Below, piece by piece: positions 1 through 9,513 of a DNA stretch of 64,000 bases (position 1 is its first letter; each line of letters starts with the position of its first letter). The stretch lies in NCBI GenBank assembly GCA_900319375.1, contig ONOI01000003.1:783-64782 (forward strand), written 5' to 3'. The translations under genes and the position numbers were made by a program. The notes under the pieces are model-generated. The model was given only the letters and a program-made list of their open reading frames with translations, made no database searches and was not told the DNA's origin. This DNA comes from an uncultured Bacteroidales bacterium. Its GTDB lineage: Bacteria > Bacteroidota > Bacteroidia > Bacteroidales > UBA932.

Positions 1-2
1 TG

Positions 3-140
3 ATCGGGGCCGACTCGCTGGGCTACCTCAGCCCGGAATCGACCCGCGACTCGTGCTTTGGCTGCGCGGATCCCTGCCAGGCCTGCTTTACAGGCGAATA
101 TCCTACCTTATTGTACGACGATCAAAACAGCGAAGACTAA
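3..140 (+). CDS. purF: Amidophosphoribosyltransferase, C-terminal fragment (gene starts before the window)
   Basis: Hand translation from nt 3 gives IGADSLGYLSPESTRDSCFGCADPCQACFTGEYPTLLYDDQNSED*. IGADSL.YLS and C.ACF.G.YP are typical of the PurF C-terminus, and it lies directly upstream of purM. Confidence 0.88.
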   Translation: MGADSLGYLSPESTRDSCFGCADPCQACFTGEYPTLLYDDQNSED

Positions 141-146
141 ACAACT

Positions 147-1172
147 ATGGCAAAATCATACGAAGAGTCCGGCGTGAATCTCGAGGCCGGATATGAAGTA
201 GTAAGGCGAATCAAGCAACACGTAGCTTCGACCTCCAGGCTCGGTTCGATGGGCAATATCGGCTCTTTCGGCGGAATGTTCGATCTCTCCGCCCTGAATG
301 TAAAGGAGCCCGTACTCGTTAGCGGTACAGACGGAGTAGGAACGAAGCTGAAGATCGCTTTCGCGATGGACAAACACGACACGATAGGCGTCGACGCTGT
401 AGCGATGTGTGTCAATGATGTTCTCGCCCAGGGCGCCGAGCCGCTTTTCTTCCTCGACTACGTTGCGCTGGGCCACAACATCCCCGCGAAGGTTGAGGCT
501 ATCGTAGCGGGCGTCGCTGAGGGCTGCCGCCAGGCCGGCTGCGCTCTGGTAGGCGGCGAGACCGCCGAGATGCCGGGTATGTATGCCGACGGCGAATATG
601 ATATCGCAGGTTATACTACGGGCGTAGTGGAAAAATCTAAACTGATAGACGGCTCGAAGGTTAAGGTCGGAGATGTCCTGGTAGGCGTTGCTTCTACTGG
701 AGTCCATTCCAACGGCTTCAGCCTCGTACGAAAGATAGTTGCCGATGCCGGACTTAAGTATACGGATGAGATTCCGGAGTTTGGCGGACGTAAACTTGGA
801 GAAGTACTTCTTACGCCGACTAAGATATATGTAAAGCAGATGCTTAAGGTAATCCGCAGCTGTGATGTCCACGGTATCTGCCATATCACCGGAGGTGGCT
901 TCGACGAGAACATACCGCGCGTGCTCCAAAAGGGCCAGGGCCTGGAAATACGCGAGGGAAGTTGGAAAATCCTGCCCGTCTTCAAGATGCTTGAGAAGTG
1001 GGGCGGAGTCCCTCATCGCGAGATGTTCAATATCTTCAATATGGGTATCGGAATGATAGCCGTAATGGATGCCTCCGAGGCTCCCAAGGCTATTGAAATA
1101 CTCGAGGCCTGCGGAGAAAAAGCTTCTGTCATAGGAAAAGTAACCGATAAAGAAGGCGTATGCATAATCTAG
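147..1172 (+). CDS. purM: Phosphoribosylformylglycinamidine cyclo-ligase (AIR synthetase)
   Basis: 341 aa; SGTDGVGTK, DAVAMCVND, GGETAEMPG, GVHSNGFSL, HITGGG motifs. Confidence 0.97.
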   Translation: MAKSYEESGVNLEAGYEVVRRIKQHVASTSRLGSMGNIGSFGGMFDLSALNVKEPVLVSGTDGVGTKLKIAFAMDKHDTIGVDAVAMCVNDVLAQGAEPLFFLDYVALGHNIPAKVEAIVAGVAEGCRQAGCALVGGETAEMPGMYADGEYDIAGYTTGVVEKSKLIDGSKVKVGDVLVGVASTGVHSNGFSLVRKIVADAGLKYTDEIPEFGGRKLGEVLLTPTKIYVKQMLKVIRSCDVHGICHITGGGFDENIPRVLQKGQGLEIREGSWKILPVFKMLEKWGGVPHREMFNIFNMGIGMIAVMDASEAPKAIEILEACGEKASVIGKVTDKEGVCII

Positions 1173-1726
1173 CAGTTTTCGCAAGCGGGACCGGGACCAA
1201 TTTTGTGGCCATAGCCAGCGCCTGCGCGACGGGCGTTCTCGATGCACGGGTGGCGGTGATGGTCTGCGACAAACCCGGAGCTGCGGTAATCGACCGCGCC
1301 CGACAGATGGGTGTGGAGACCTTTGTATTCGATCCCCACTCATATGCCTCCAAGGCTGATTATGAAAAAGAAATAGTCAAGGTCCTTGATGCTAAAGAGG
1401 TAGAACTTATCTGCCTTGCCGGCTATATGAGAATAGTCGGAGACGTACTTCTGAAGGCCTACGAAGGGAAGATAATCAACATCCATCCTTCGCTCCTTCC
1501 GGCCTTCAAGGGAGCCCACGCAGTTGAGCAGGCGGTCGCCTATGGAGTCAAGGTCTACGGAATCTCGATCCACTGGGTCAACGCCGACCTCGACGGAGGA
1601 AAGATCATCGCCCAGCGGGCCTTCCCCTATGAGGGCTCCGACCCGGAGGAAGTCCACCGCATCGGACAGAAAATCGAACATGAACTTTATATTGAAACCA
1701 TAAACAAACTATTATGCGAGCGTTAG
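1160..1726 (+). CDS. purN: Phosphoribosylglycinamide formyltransferase
   Basis: 188 aa; LAVFASGTGTNF, LAGYMRI, INIHPSLLP, DGGKIIAQ. Confidence 0.97.
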   Translation: MHNLAVFASGTGTNFVAIASACATGVLDARVAVMVCDKPGAAVIDRARQMGVETFVFDPHSYASKADYEKEIVKVLDAKEVELICLAGYMRIVGDVLLKAYEGKIINIHPSLLPAFKGAHAVEQAVAYGVKVYGISIHWVNADLDGGKIIAQRAFPYEGSDPEEVHRIGQKIEHELYIETINKLLCER

Positions 1727-3243
1727 TAAGTGTTAGCGACAAGAGCGGCCTCGTGCCGTTTGTGAAGGGTCTGGTAGACCTTGGATGGGAAATCATAGCC
1801 ACCGGCGGAACTCAGAAACTGCTTGAGTCCGAGGGAGTAAAGACTATCGGAATCAGCGAGGTCACCGGTTTCCCGGAGATATGCGACGGCAGGGTAAAGA
1901 CCCTCCATCCGAAGGTCCATGGCGGTATCCTTGCCCGCAGGGACGTCCCTGCCCATATGGAGACCCTTAAGGAGAACGGAATCGAGACTATCGAACTGGT
2001 CTGTGTAAACCTGTATCCTTTCCGTCAGACTATCGCCAAGGAAGGCGTTACGCTTGAAGATGCGATTGAGAATATCGATATCGGCGGCCCTTCGATGGTT
2101 CGCAGCGCAGCCAAGAACTGGAAAGACGTTACTATCGTCTGCGATCCTTCTGACTACGACAAGGTCCTGGAAGAACTTCGCGCTAACGGCAAGACTTCAG
2201 ACGAGACCCGCCTCAAGTTGTCCGCAAAGGCTTACACACATACCGCCGAGTACGACGCCTGCATTGCTACCTATATGCGCGCCCAGGCCGGCCTTAACGA
2301 GAAACTCTTCCTGGAGTACGACCTCAAGCAGGGACTTCGCTACGGCGAGAACCCCCATCAGAGCGCGAAGTTCTACGCCGCTCTCGAGCCCGCCCCCTTC
2401 TCGCTCGCTTTCGCCGAGCAGATCCAGGGCAAGGAGCTCTCCTACAACAATATCCAGGACGCAAATGCGGCTCTGAACGTGCTTCGCGACTTCGAGGAGC
2501 CCTTCTGCGTAGCTCTGAAGCATATGAATCCCTGTGGCGCAGCGGTCGGAAAGACTATCGAAGAGGCGTGGCAGGCCGCCTATGAGGCCGATAAGGTCAG
2601 CATCTACGGCGGAATCGTAGGAGTGAACCGTACCCTTACGGCCGAAGTCGCATCCGGCATGAAGCCGATATTCCTCGAGATCGTAATCGCTCCCGACTAT
2701 ACCCCAGAGGCCCTGGAGATACTCTCTGCGAAGAAGAACCTTCGCGTGATGAAGGTGGATATGACCCGCTCCGGCGCTCCAGTTCCTCAGTATATCAGCG
2801 TAAACGGCGGACTTCTTGCCCAGCAGCTTGACACTCAGGTTGAGAAGGTAACGGCCGAAATGTGTGTCACTAAGGTTAAGCCCACCGAGGCCCAGCTCGC
2901 AGATGCGAACTTCGGCTGGAAGATAGTAAAGCACGTAAAGTCCAACGCTATCGCCGTCGTGCGCGATAACCACACCATCGGCATCGGCGCCGGCCAGACC
3001 AACCGCGTCGGCTCCGCCGAAATCGCCCTTAACGAGGCCAGGAACGCCGGCTTTACCGATGGCCTGGTTCTCGCCTCGGACGGCTTTCTGCCCTTCGACG
3101 ACACCGTCGCCCTCGCTGCTCAGTACGGAGTTACCGTGATAGTCCAGCCAGGCGGCAGCATCCGCGACGAAGACGCTATCAAGAAAGCAGATGAGCTCGG
3201 TATCACGATGCTCTTTACAGGAGTCCGTCATTTCAAGCATTAG
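1714..3243 (+). CDS. purH: Bifunctional AICAR transformylase/IMP cyclohydrolase
   Basis: 509 aa; RALVSVSDK, GRVKTLHP, IDIGGP, LRYGENPHQ, KHVKSNAI, QPGGSIRD, RHFKH end. Confidence 0.98.
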   Translation: MRALVSVSDKSGLVPFVKGLVDLGWEIIATGGTQKLLESEGVKTIGISEVTGFPEICDGRVKTLHPKVHGGILARRDVPAHMETLKENGIETIELVCVNLYPFRQTIAKEGVTLEDAIENIDIGGPSMVRSAAKNWKDVTIVCDPSDYDKVLEELRANGKTSDETRLKLSAKAYTHTAEYDACIATYMRAQAGLNEKLFLEYDLKQGLRYGENPHQSAKFYAALEPAPFSLAFAEQIQGKELSYNNIQDANAALNVLRDFEEPFCVALKHMNPCGAAVGKTIEEAWQAAYEADKVSIYGGIVGVNRTLTAEVASGMKPIFLEIVIAPDYTPEALEILSAKKNLRVMKVDMTRSGAPVPQYISVNGGLLAQQLDTQVEKVTAEMCVTKVKPTEAQLADANFGWKIVKHVKSNAIAVVRDNHTIGIGAGQTNRVGSAEIALNEARNAGFTDGLVLASDGFLPFDDTVALAAQYGVTVIVQPGGSIRDEDAIKKADELGITMLFTGVRHFKH

Positions 3244-3246
3244 AAT

Positions 3247-4539
3247 ATGAAAACCGTATTAGTCATCGGCGGCGGCGGCCGCGAACACGCTATAGTAGAC
3301 GCGCTGAGCCGCAGCCCTCAGGTTGGAAAGATTTATTGCGCCCCGGGTAACGCCGGAATCGGTCTCCAGGCGGAGAATGTCCCGCTCAAAGACACCGACG
3401 TCGAGGGCCTCAAGGCTTTTGCGCTCGATCATGGCGTCGACCTTACCGTAGTCGGCCCCGAGGCTGCGCTCGCGGCCGGGATAGTCGACGCTTTCCGCGC
3501 CGCCGGCCTTAAGATCTTCGGCCACACCCGGGCGGCTACTGCAATCGAGAGCTCGAAGGAATTCGCGAAGCGGCTGATGGCTAAATACAATATCCCTACT
3601 GCGGCCTACCGCAGTTTCTCAGACTACGACGAGGCGCTCTCATACGTCAGCGCCCGCCCGCTGCCGGCAGTTCTCAAATACGACGGACTGGCTGCGGGGA
3701 AGGGAGTGGTCATCGCGTCCGATCTCGAAGAGGCCCGAAAGGCCCTTGCAGACATGCTCCTGGACCATACCTTCGGCCAGGGTAAGGTCGTCGTCGAAGA
3801 CTTCCTCACCGGACCCGAATTCTCCTTCCTTTGCTTCGTGGATGGCGACCGCGTCTACCCGATGCCCCTTTCTCAGGACCACAAACGCGCCTACGACGGC
3901 GACCAGGGCCCCAACACTGGCGGAATGGGCGCATACACCGGCCTGCCTTTCATAACGGCCGAGGACAGGGAGTTCGCCTATATGGAGATAATGTGTAAGG
4001 CGGCCTCTGCGATGGTTTCCGAGGGCTTGCCGCTTTCCGGCGTTTTGTACGGGGGCCTGATGAAGACCCCGCAGGGAATTAAGGTAATCGAGTTCAATGC
4101 CCGTTTCGGGGATCCCGAGACCGAGGTGGTTCTGCCTCTGCTGAAGAGCGATATCTACGTAATCTTCGAAGGAGTTGCTACCGGTAGGGAAGTGTCTGAT
4201 CCGGAGTGGTCGGACGGGGTTACTCTCGGGGTCGTGATGGCTTCGAAGGGCTATCCGGGCTCGTATCAGAAAGGATTTGAGATCGAAGGCCTGGATCTTG
4301 TCGATGCTCAGGTCTATCATATGGGGACCGTCATTCGCGACGGAAAGGTTCTGACAAATGGCGGACGCGTGTTGATGATAGTATGTGGAGGGAAGGATCT
4401 GGCCGCTGCCCGCGCCTGCGTTTATGAGCAGCTTGCAAAGATTCGCTGCGACAATCTTTTCTTTCGAAAAGACATAGCACATCGGGCTTTTTTTAGTACC
4501 TTTGCAGCCCCGAATAAAAATCTGTTAGATAATGTTTAA
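3247..4539 (+). CDS. purD: Phosphoribosylamine--glycine ligase
   Basis: 430 aa; VLVIGGGGREHA, APGNAG, DGLAAGKGV, QDHKR, PNTGGMGAY, EFNARFGDPE, GGRVL. Confidence 0.98.
   Translation: MKTVLVIGGGGREHAIVDALSRSPQVGKIYCAPGNAGIGLQAENVPLKDTDVEGLKAFALDHGVDLTVVGPEAALAAGIVDAFRAAGLKIFGHTRAATAIESSKEFAKRLMAKYNIPTAAYRSFSDYDEALSYVSARPLPAVLKYDGLAAGKGVVIASDLEEARKALADMLLDHTFGQGKVVVEDFLTGPEFSFLCFVDGDRVYPMPLSQDHKRAYDGDQGPNTGGMGAYTGLPFITAEDREFAYMEIMCKAASAMVSEGLPLSGVLYGGLMKTPQGIKVIEFNARFGDPETEVVLPLLKSDIYVIFEGVATGREVSDPEWSDGVTLGVVMASKGYPGSYQKGFEIEGLDLVDAQVYHMGTVIRDGKVLTNGGRVLMIVCGGKDLAAARACVYEQLAKIRCDNLFFRKDIAHRAFFSTFAAPNKNLLDNV
4497..4504 (+). promoter_or_regulatory. Bacteroidota -7 promoter element (TACCTTTG) for the DASS transporter gene, inside the purD 3' end
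   Basis: Exact TAnnTTTG match 27 nt upstream of the ATG at 4532. Confidence 0.55.
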
Positions 4540-6037
4540 AAAATTTGTTGGTTTTAATCTGGTTGAAGAGATGCACAAGTTGCGTCACAACAAAATCTTC
4601 AACCCGCTTAAACTTAAAAAGAAAACTTTCGGCATACTGTTCGTTCTTGCCGTATTCCTTACTTTGTGGTTCCTGCCTACCGAGTCCTTCGGAATGGACG
4701 GACTGACCCTCGTTCAGCAAAGAATCATCGCGATATTCGCATATGCGACCCTTATGTGGGTGTTGGAACTGGTTCCGGCATGGGCGACTTCGGTGTCGAT
4801 TATGGTCTTCCTTCTTCTCTTCACATCCAATTCCGGAGTGAAGTGGCTTTGCAACCCGGATGTCGCCGGACAGCTGCTCAGCTACAAACAGGTGATGGCC
4901 AGCTTTGCAGACCCGGTCGTGATGCTGTTCATAGGCGGATTCGTTCTCGCTATCGCTACGACTAAGACCGGGCTCGATGTACATCTCGCCCGTGTCCTGC
5001 TTTCTCCCTTTGGAAAGAAGAGCGAGAACATCCTTCTCGGATTTATGCTGGTTACGGCTTTGTTCTCGATGTTCATCAGCAACACCGCGACTACCGCTAT
5101 GATGCTTACCTTCCTTACACCGGTCTTCAAGCAGCTCCCGGAAGCTGGAAAGGGCCGCACTGCGATGGCTCTCAGCATCCCTATCGCGGCTAACCTGGGC
5201 GGAATGGGAACCCCTATCGGAACTCCTCCGAACACTATCGCGCTTAAGTATCTCAACGACCCTGAGGGCCTGAATCTCGCTATCGGCTTTGGCCAGTGGA
5301 TGCTGTTCATGGTTCCGCTCGTCATCATCATGATCATCCTTGCCTGGATCCTTCTGAAGAAGGTTTTCCCGTTCACTCAGAAGACCATCGAGCTCAAGAT
5401 CGACGGCGAGATGAAGAAGGGCGCTCAGACTACTATCGTCATCGTCACGATGATCATCACTATCCTCCTCTGGATGACCGACACCCTTACCGGTGTCAAT
5501 ACATACACGGTCGCGCTTATCCCGTTTGCGGTATTCGCGCTTACCGGCATTATTACGAAGTATGACCTCGAAGAGATAAACTGGTCTGTTATCTGGATGG
5601 TCGCCGGCGGTTTCGCCCTCGGCTATGCGATGAACGGATCCGGACTCGCAGCCCTCGTAATCAGGGCCATCCCGTTCGGCCAGTTCTCGCCGGTTCTCAT
5701 CGTCCTGCTCTCCGGCCTTATCTGTTACGTTCTTTCGAACCTCATCTCCCACTCCGCTACCGCGGCTCTTCTGATGCCTATCCTGGTGGTGGTCTGTACG
5801 GCCATGGGCGACAAACTTGCAGCGATCGGAGGCCCGACTACCGTCCTTATCGGTGTCGCTATCGCTTCCAGCAGCGCTATGATCCTCCCGATCTCTACTC
5901 CTCCGAATGCTCTTGCATACGCAACTAACCTGGTCCAGCAGAAGGACATGGCCCGTATGGGAATCACCGTGGGCGTACTGAGTATCGTACTCGGCTATGT
6001 AGTCCTTATCGCTGCCAGGGCTCTCCACATTGTCTAA
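4532..6037 (+). CDS. SLC13/DASS family sodium:dicarboxylate or sulfate symporter
   Basis: 501 aa, highly hydrophobic; SMFISNTATT, ANLGGMGTPIGTPPN and LPISTPPNA motifs. Confidence 0.9.
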   Translation: MFKKFVGFNLVEEMHKLRHNKIFNPLKLKKKTFGILFVLAVFLTLWFLPTESFGMDGLTLVQQRIIAIFAYATLMWVLELVPAWATSVSIMVFLLLFTSNSGVKWLCNPDVAGQLLSYKQVMASFADPVVMLFIGGFVLAIATTKTGLDVHLARVLLSPFGKKSENILLGFMLVTALFSMFISNTATTAMMLTFLTPVFKQLPEAGKGRTAMALSIPIAANLGGMGTPIGTPPNTIALKYLNDPEGLNLAIGFGQWMLFMVPLVIIMIILAWILLKKVFPFTQKTIELKIDGEMKKGAQTTIVIVTMIITILLWMTDTLTGVNTYTVALIPFAVFALTGIITKYDLEEINWSVIWMVAGGFALGYAMNGSGLAALVIRAIPFGQFSPVLIVLLSGLICYVLSNLISHSATAALLMPILVVVCTAMGDKLAAIGGPTTVLIGVAIASSSAMILPISTPPNALAYATNLVQQKDMARMGITVGVLSIVLGYVVLIAARALHIV

Positions 6038-6055
6038 CCTCATAAGAACACTATA

Positions 6056-7651
6056 ATGAAGAAGATACTATTATTTGCAGCCATCGCGCTTTCGCTGGCC
6101 GTCTCCTGCAGGCAGGAACAGAACCCGGTGGAGCGTATGGTAGAGGATTATGCCCTCGTGACTATCCCGGCCCCTGATCTTACCGGTATTACCGACAATG
6201 GTAAGGAAGTCCTCAGGCTTTATCGCCAGGCGGCCGACGAGGTAGATAAGATCTATTGGAAACAGGTCGTTGCCGAAGGCGCAGATTTTACCTCTAATCT
6301 TGAGGATCCCGAGAAGCTTTATGCTGAGATCAACTACGGCCCCTGGGACCGCATTACCGGCAAACCCTTCATAGTCGGCTATGATTACAAGCCCGCCGGA
6401 GCCCGCTTCTATCCGGAAGATCTTTCTGATGATGAGTTCGAAGAGTTCGACGATCCAGACAAGCTCAGCCCTTATACTCTGGTCGTTCGCGACGGCAGTC
6501 AGCTGAAGACTGTCTGGTACCACGATGCATATGCTTCAGAGATTGCTAAGATCGAAGGATATCTGAACCGCGCTGCAGATGTTACCATCAAGCCCAGCGT
6601 GCGCCGTTATCTTCTCGAACTGGTTGAGGCCCTCAAGACAGACAATTATTACGAGAGCGCAAAGGCCTGGCTCGAGATGAACGACAGTAAGATGGATCTC
6701 GTTCTTGGACCTATTGAGGCTCTTGACGATGCCCTTTACGGAACAAAGGCCTCATACGGCGCCTACGTCCTGCTTAAGAACCTCAAGCGTACGGATGAAC
6801 TCAACGCTCTGTCTGCAAGGATGCCTGAGCTCCAGAATATGCTCCCGGGTGATCCTGCCAACCGCAACTTCGTCCCCGGTGCCGAGTCCGATATCTTCTC
6901 CTGCAACGTTCTTTACTGCAGCGGCTACACCAATGCCGGCTACAAGGTAATCGGAATCAATTTCCCTTACGATGCAAAGGTCCAGGAGGAACTCGGAACC
7001 CGTACCATCATTTTCGACAACATCATCCGCGAGAAATTTAACCGTACCGTATTCCCGGTCGGCAAGTTCCTCCTCGAGGATGCCGAGCAGCCCCATGTCG
7101 ACGGCAGCGCCTTCTACTGGCTGATCGTCTTCCGCGAGATCGCCAAAGGACTTGGTGTAAAGGAAACCATCAACGGAAGGGGAACAGTTGCCGAGGCCCT
7201 TGGAAATGAGGCTCTCGCGATCGAGAAAGCTAAGTCAAATGTTCTTGGAACCTGGCTCTGCGCCCTCGAAGCCGAGGCTTATCATATCAGCGCTATCTTC
7301 CAGAAAGAGGATGTTCTGGCGACCTTCGTTGCCAACACTATCCGTTCCGCCAGATTCGGCGCCGCGGATCCTACCGGTGTTGCCAACATCCTGGTCTACA
7401 ACTACCTGCTCCAGAACAAGGCTATCATCTTCAATTCTTCAGCCGGCAGGTACAGCATAGACTACGAGAAGACTTGGAGTGCGCTCGAAACTCTTGGCGC
7501 AGAGATCCTCAGGATCCAGGCTACAGGAGATATCGATGCCGCCAGGGCTTGTATCGAGAAATACGGAATCGACGGCCTTGAGAGCCAGTCCGACCGCCGC
7601 GTCCTCGCCCGCGCGAATATCCCTGTAGATATCCGCTTCTGCTACGAATAA
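6056..7651 (+). CDS. Peptidase M49 (DPP III)-like lipoprotein with degenerate zinc motif
   Basis: Lipobox LAVSC; NYGPWDR, GA.FYP.D, SPYTLV, KMDLVLGPIE, INFPYD, FDNII resemble the Bacteroidota M49/Nudix-like family. The expected HExxH site reads REIAK. Confidence 0.72.
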   Translation: MKKILLFAAIALSLAVSCRQEQNPVERMVEDYALVTIPAPDLTGITDNGKEVLRLYRQAADEVDKIYWKQVVAEGADFTSNLEDPEKLYAEINYGPWDRITGKPFIVGYDYKPAGARFYPEDLSDDEFEEFDDPDKLSPYTLVVRDGSQLKTVWYHDAYASEIAKIEGYLNRAADVTIKPSVRRYLLELVEALKTDNYYESAKAWLEMNDSKMDLVLGPIEALDDALYGTKASYGAYVLLKNLKRTDELNALSARMPELQNMLPGDPANRNFVPGAESDIFSCNVLYCSGYTNAGYKVIGINFPYDAKVQEELGTRTIIFDNIIREKFNRTVFPVGKFLLEDAEQPHVDGSAFYWLIVFREIAKGLGVKETINGRGTVAEALGNEALAIEKAKSNVLGTWLCALEAEAYHISAIFQKEDVLATFVANTIRSARFGAADPTGVANILVYNYLLQNKAIIFNSSAGRYSIDYEKTWSALETLGAEILRIQATGDIDAARACIEKYGIDGLESQSDRRVLARANIPVDIRFCYE

Positions 7652-7709
7652 TTTATTTCGCAGATATCCAGACAAGAGCGTCCTCGTTCAATAGGCAGAG
7701 ATTAGTCGT

Positions 7710-9467
7710 ATGAAGCGAACGTTACTCCTTGCGCTGGCTGCTATTCTCGCCTTTTCCTGCGAGGAGAAACAGCCCATACCGGATCCAGAACCCACTCCTA
7801 CCCCGACCCCTCAGCCCGGACCGGACAAGCCGCTGGCGGGAGAGTATGTTCTGCCGCTCGTCGAAACGACTGATACACACGGATATATAGTCAACAATGA
7901 CAACGGGACAATCCACTACCGTCTGGCGTATATAGCGGACAAGATCAACGATATCCGGGGCCATGGCGCCGAGTGTGATCGCGACCGGCTCTTGCTGCTT
8001 GACGGCGGCGATATCTACCAGGGTGCGAGCGTGTCGAACCTCCAGGGCGGTGTGCCGCTGTTCGTGGCCTACGACAGGATGGGCTATGACGCGGTTGCCG
8101 TCGGGAACCACGAATTCGACTGGGGGATCACGACCGTCATCGACGCGGATGCGACGCTGCCCGATTACGAATGGGAGGGAACAGCCTGCGTCAGCGAAGT
8201 GCCCGTCTTATGCTCGAACCTCTATCAGAACGGCAGCCGCGTCCCTTTTACCAAGGACTATGCGATTATCCGTAAAACGGCGATGAATTCCGAAGGAGAG
8301 AAGGTTGAGGTCAAGATCGGGGTCATCGGTTTCGCCCCCAACTACGCGAGCAGCATTATGACAACGAAGTTCACGGGAGCGGGCTACTCTCTTCGGGAGG
8401 ACTACTCGATTCCGCGCAATATTGCCGCCGAGCTTGAATCCACGGGCCAGTGTGACGCGACAATTCTGCTGACCCACGATTCGGCGAACGATGCCGCGGA
8501 TAATCTGGGCAGCAACAGCGTCATCGACCTCGTACTCGGCGGCCACTCACACCGCACAATGAGCGGCAGTACATCGTGGGGCCTTCCATATCTGCAGGGC
8601 GGCCGCTATGCCGAGCATTTCGGCTATGCGGAGCTGCGCTTCTCCGTTGACACGACCGGGGCGGTTTCATTCCTCTCCGTGGAAAAAATGCGGACGGAAA
8701 CGGTGAACTCTGATCGCGATGTGTGTTCGCGGGCAGGGCAGAATGCCTCCGACCTGGACGAGGATATCCTGGCGGTATCGAAGAGAGCCGTTGAGATAAG
8801 CGCGGCGCAGCTGGAGGATGTTATCGGCTATATCGATGTAGGGGCTACCAGCTATCGTTTGGCAGGTAGTGGTGAACGGTGTTCTGCGATAGGCAACTGG
8901 ATGTGTGATATAATGAGGCGCATAGGCGATGCGGATGTCTCTTTTGTCAATGGGGGAGGGATCCGCACTTCGTTCCCGCTATACGGTTCCAGCAGGGATA
9001 TTACCGTAGCGAATGTCTACGAGATGTTCCCGTTCTCGAATGCCATCTATGTCTATAAGCTTACATACGCGGATCTTCTCAAGGTATTCGAATACTCTTT
9101 GACAAGTGGAGGAAAGAGTCTCTTTACCGGTATGACGGGCCTTGACTGTCACTTTTATTCGGACGGCGAGATCCATTCTCTGCGTCTCTGGGACGGAACG
9201 GTTATCTACAGCGGCGGAAAATGGACTGGAGACTGGGCTTCGCGTAATGTCATTCTTGCGGTAAGCGAGTTTCTGGCTACTTCCGAGCGTACGGACTATT
9301 CTACAGGTACGCCCAACCCTCTTGTAGAATGGAACAGTACTTCAAGGCTGCTCTACAACAATCTGGTTGATAATGAGAATGCCGTTCTCGTTCTGCGCGA
9401 AGAGGCTGTAGCTTCCGGAGGACTCCTCAAGGTGGATGATACCGCTCATTTCATTGTGATGGATTGA
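7710..9467 (+). CDS. 5'-nucleotidase / 2',3'-cyclic phosphodiesterase family lipoprotein
   Basis: Lipobox AFSC and PT/PE linker; DTHG, GDIYQG, GNHEFD, LLTH, GGHSH metallophosphoesterase motifs; C-terminal IGNWMCD, NGGGIR, MFPF.N. Confidence 0.9.
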   Translation: MKRTLLLALAAILAFSCEEKQPIPDPEPTPTPTPQPGPDKPLAGEYVLPLVETTDTHGYIVNNDNGTIHYRLAYIADKINDIRGHGAECDRDRLLLLDGGDIYQGASVSNLQGGVPLFVAYDRMGYDAVAVGNHEFDWGITTVIDADATLPDYEWEGTACVSEVPVLCSNLYQNGSRVPFTKDYAIIRKTAMNSEGEKVEVKIGVIGFAPNYASSIMTTKFTGAGYSLREDYSIPRNIAAELESTGQCDATILLTHDSANDAADNLGSNSVIDLVLGGHSHRTMSGSTSWGLPYLQGGRYAEHFGYAELRFSVDTTGAVSFLSVEKMRTETVNSDRDVCSRAGQNASDLDEDILAVSKRAVEISAAQLEDVIGYIDVGATSYRLAGSGERCSAIGNWMCDIMRRIGDADVSFVNGGGIRTSFPLYGSSRDITVANVYEMFPFSNAIYVYKLTYADLLKVFEYSLTSGGKSLFTGMTGLDCHFYSDGEIHSLRLWDGTVIYSGGKWTGDWASRNVILAVSEFLATSERTDYSTGTPNPLVEWNSTSRLLYNNLVDNENAVLVLREEAVASGGLLKVDDTAHFIVMD

Positions 9468-9486
9468 AATAATCCTCCTTTTTTCC

Positions 9487-9494
9487 TATTTTTG
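9487..9494 (+). promoter_or_regulatory. -7 promoter element (TATTTTTG) for the adenosine deaminase gene
   Basis: TAnnTTTG match in the AT-rich intergenic gap, 19 nt before ATG 9514. Confidence 0.55.
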
Positions 9495-9513
9495 TACGCA
9501 TTACAAATCGATA

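Noticed and set aside
4490-4539. purD C-terminal extension overlapping the next gene
   Set aside because: Probably neutral stop-codon drift through the embedded promoter; too short to suggest function.
156-6043. Long antisense or alternative-frame ORFs over pur and DASS genes (e.g. 156-1343, 2197-3240, 4493-6043)
   Set aside because: Shadows of well-supported genes caused by codon bias; no motifs or plausible starts.
7780-7830. Short imperfect repeats (PEPTPTPTPQPGP)
   Set aside because: Ordinary Pro/Thr linker after a lipoprotein anchor, not a CRISPR or contingency repeat.
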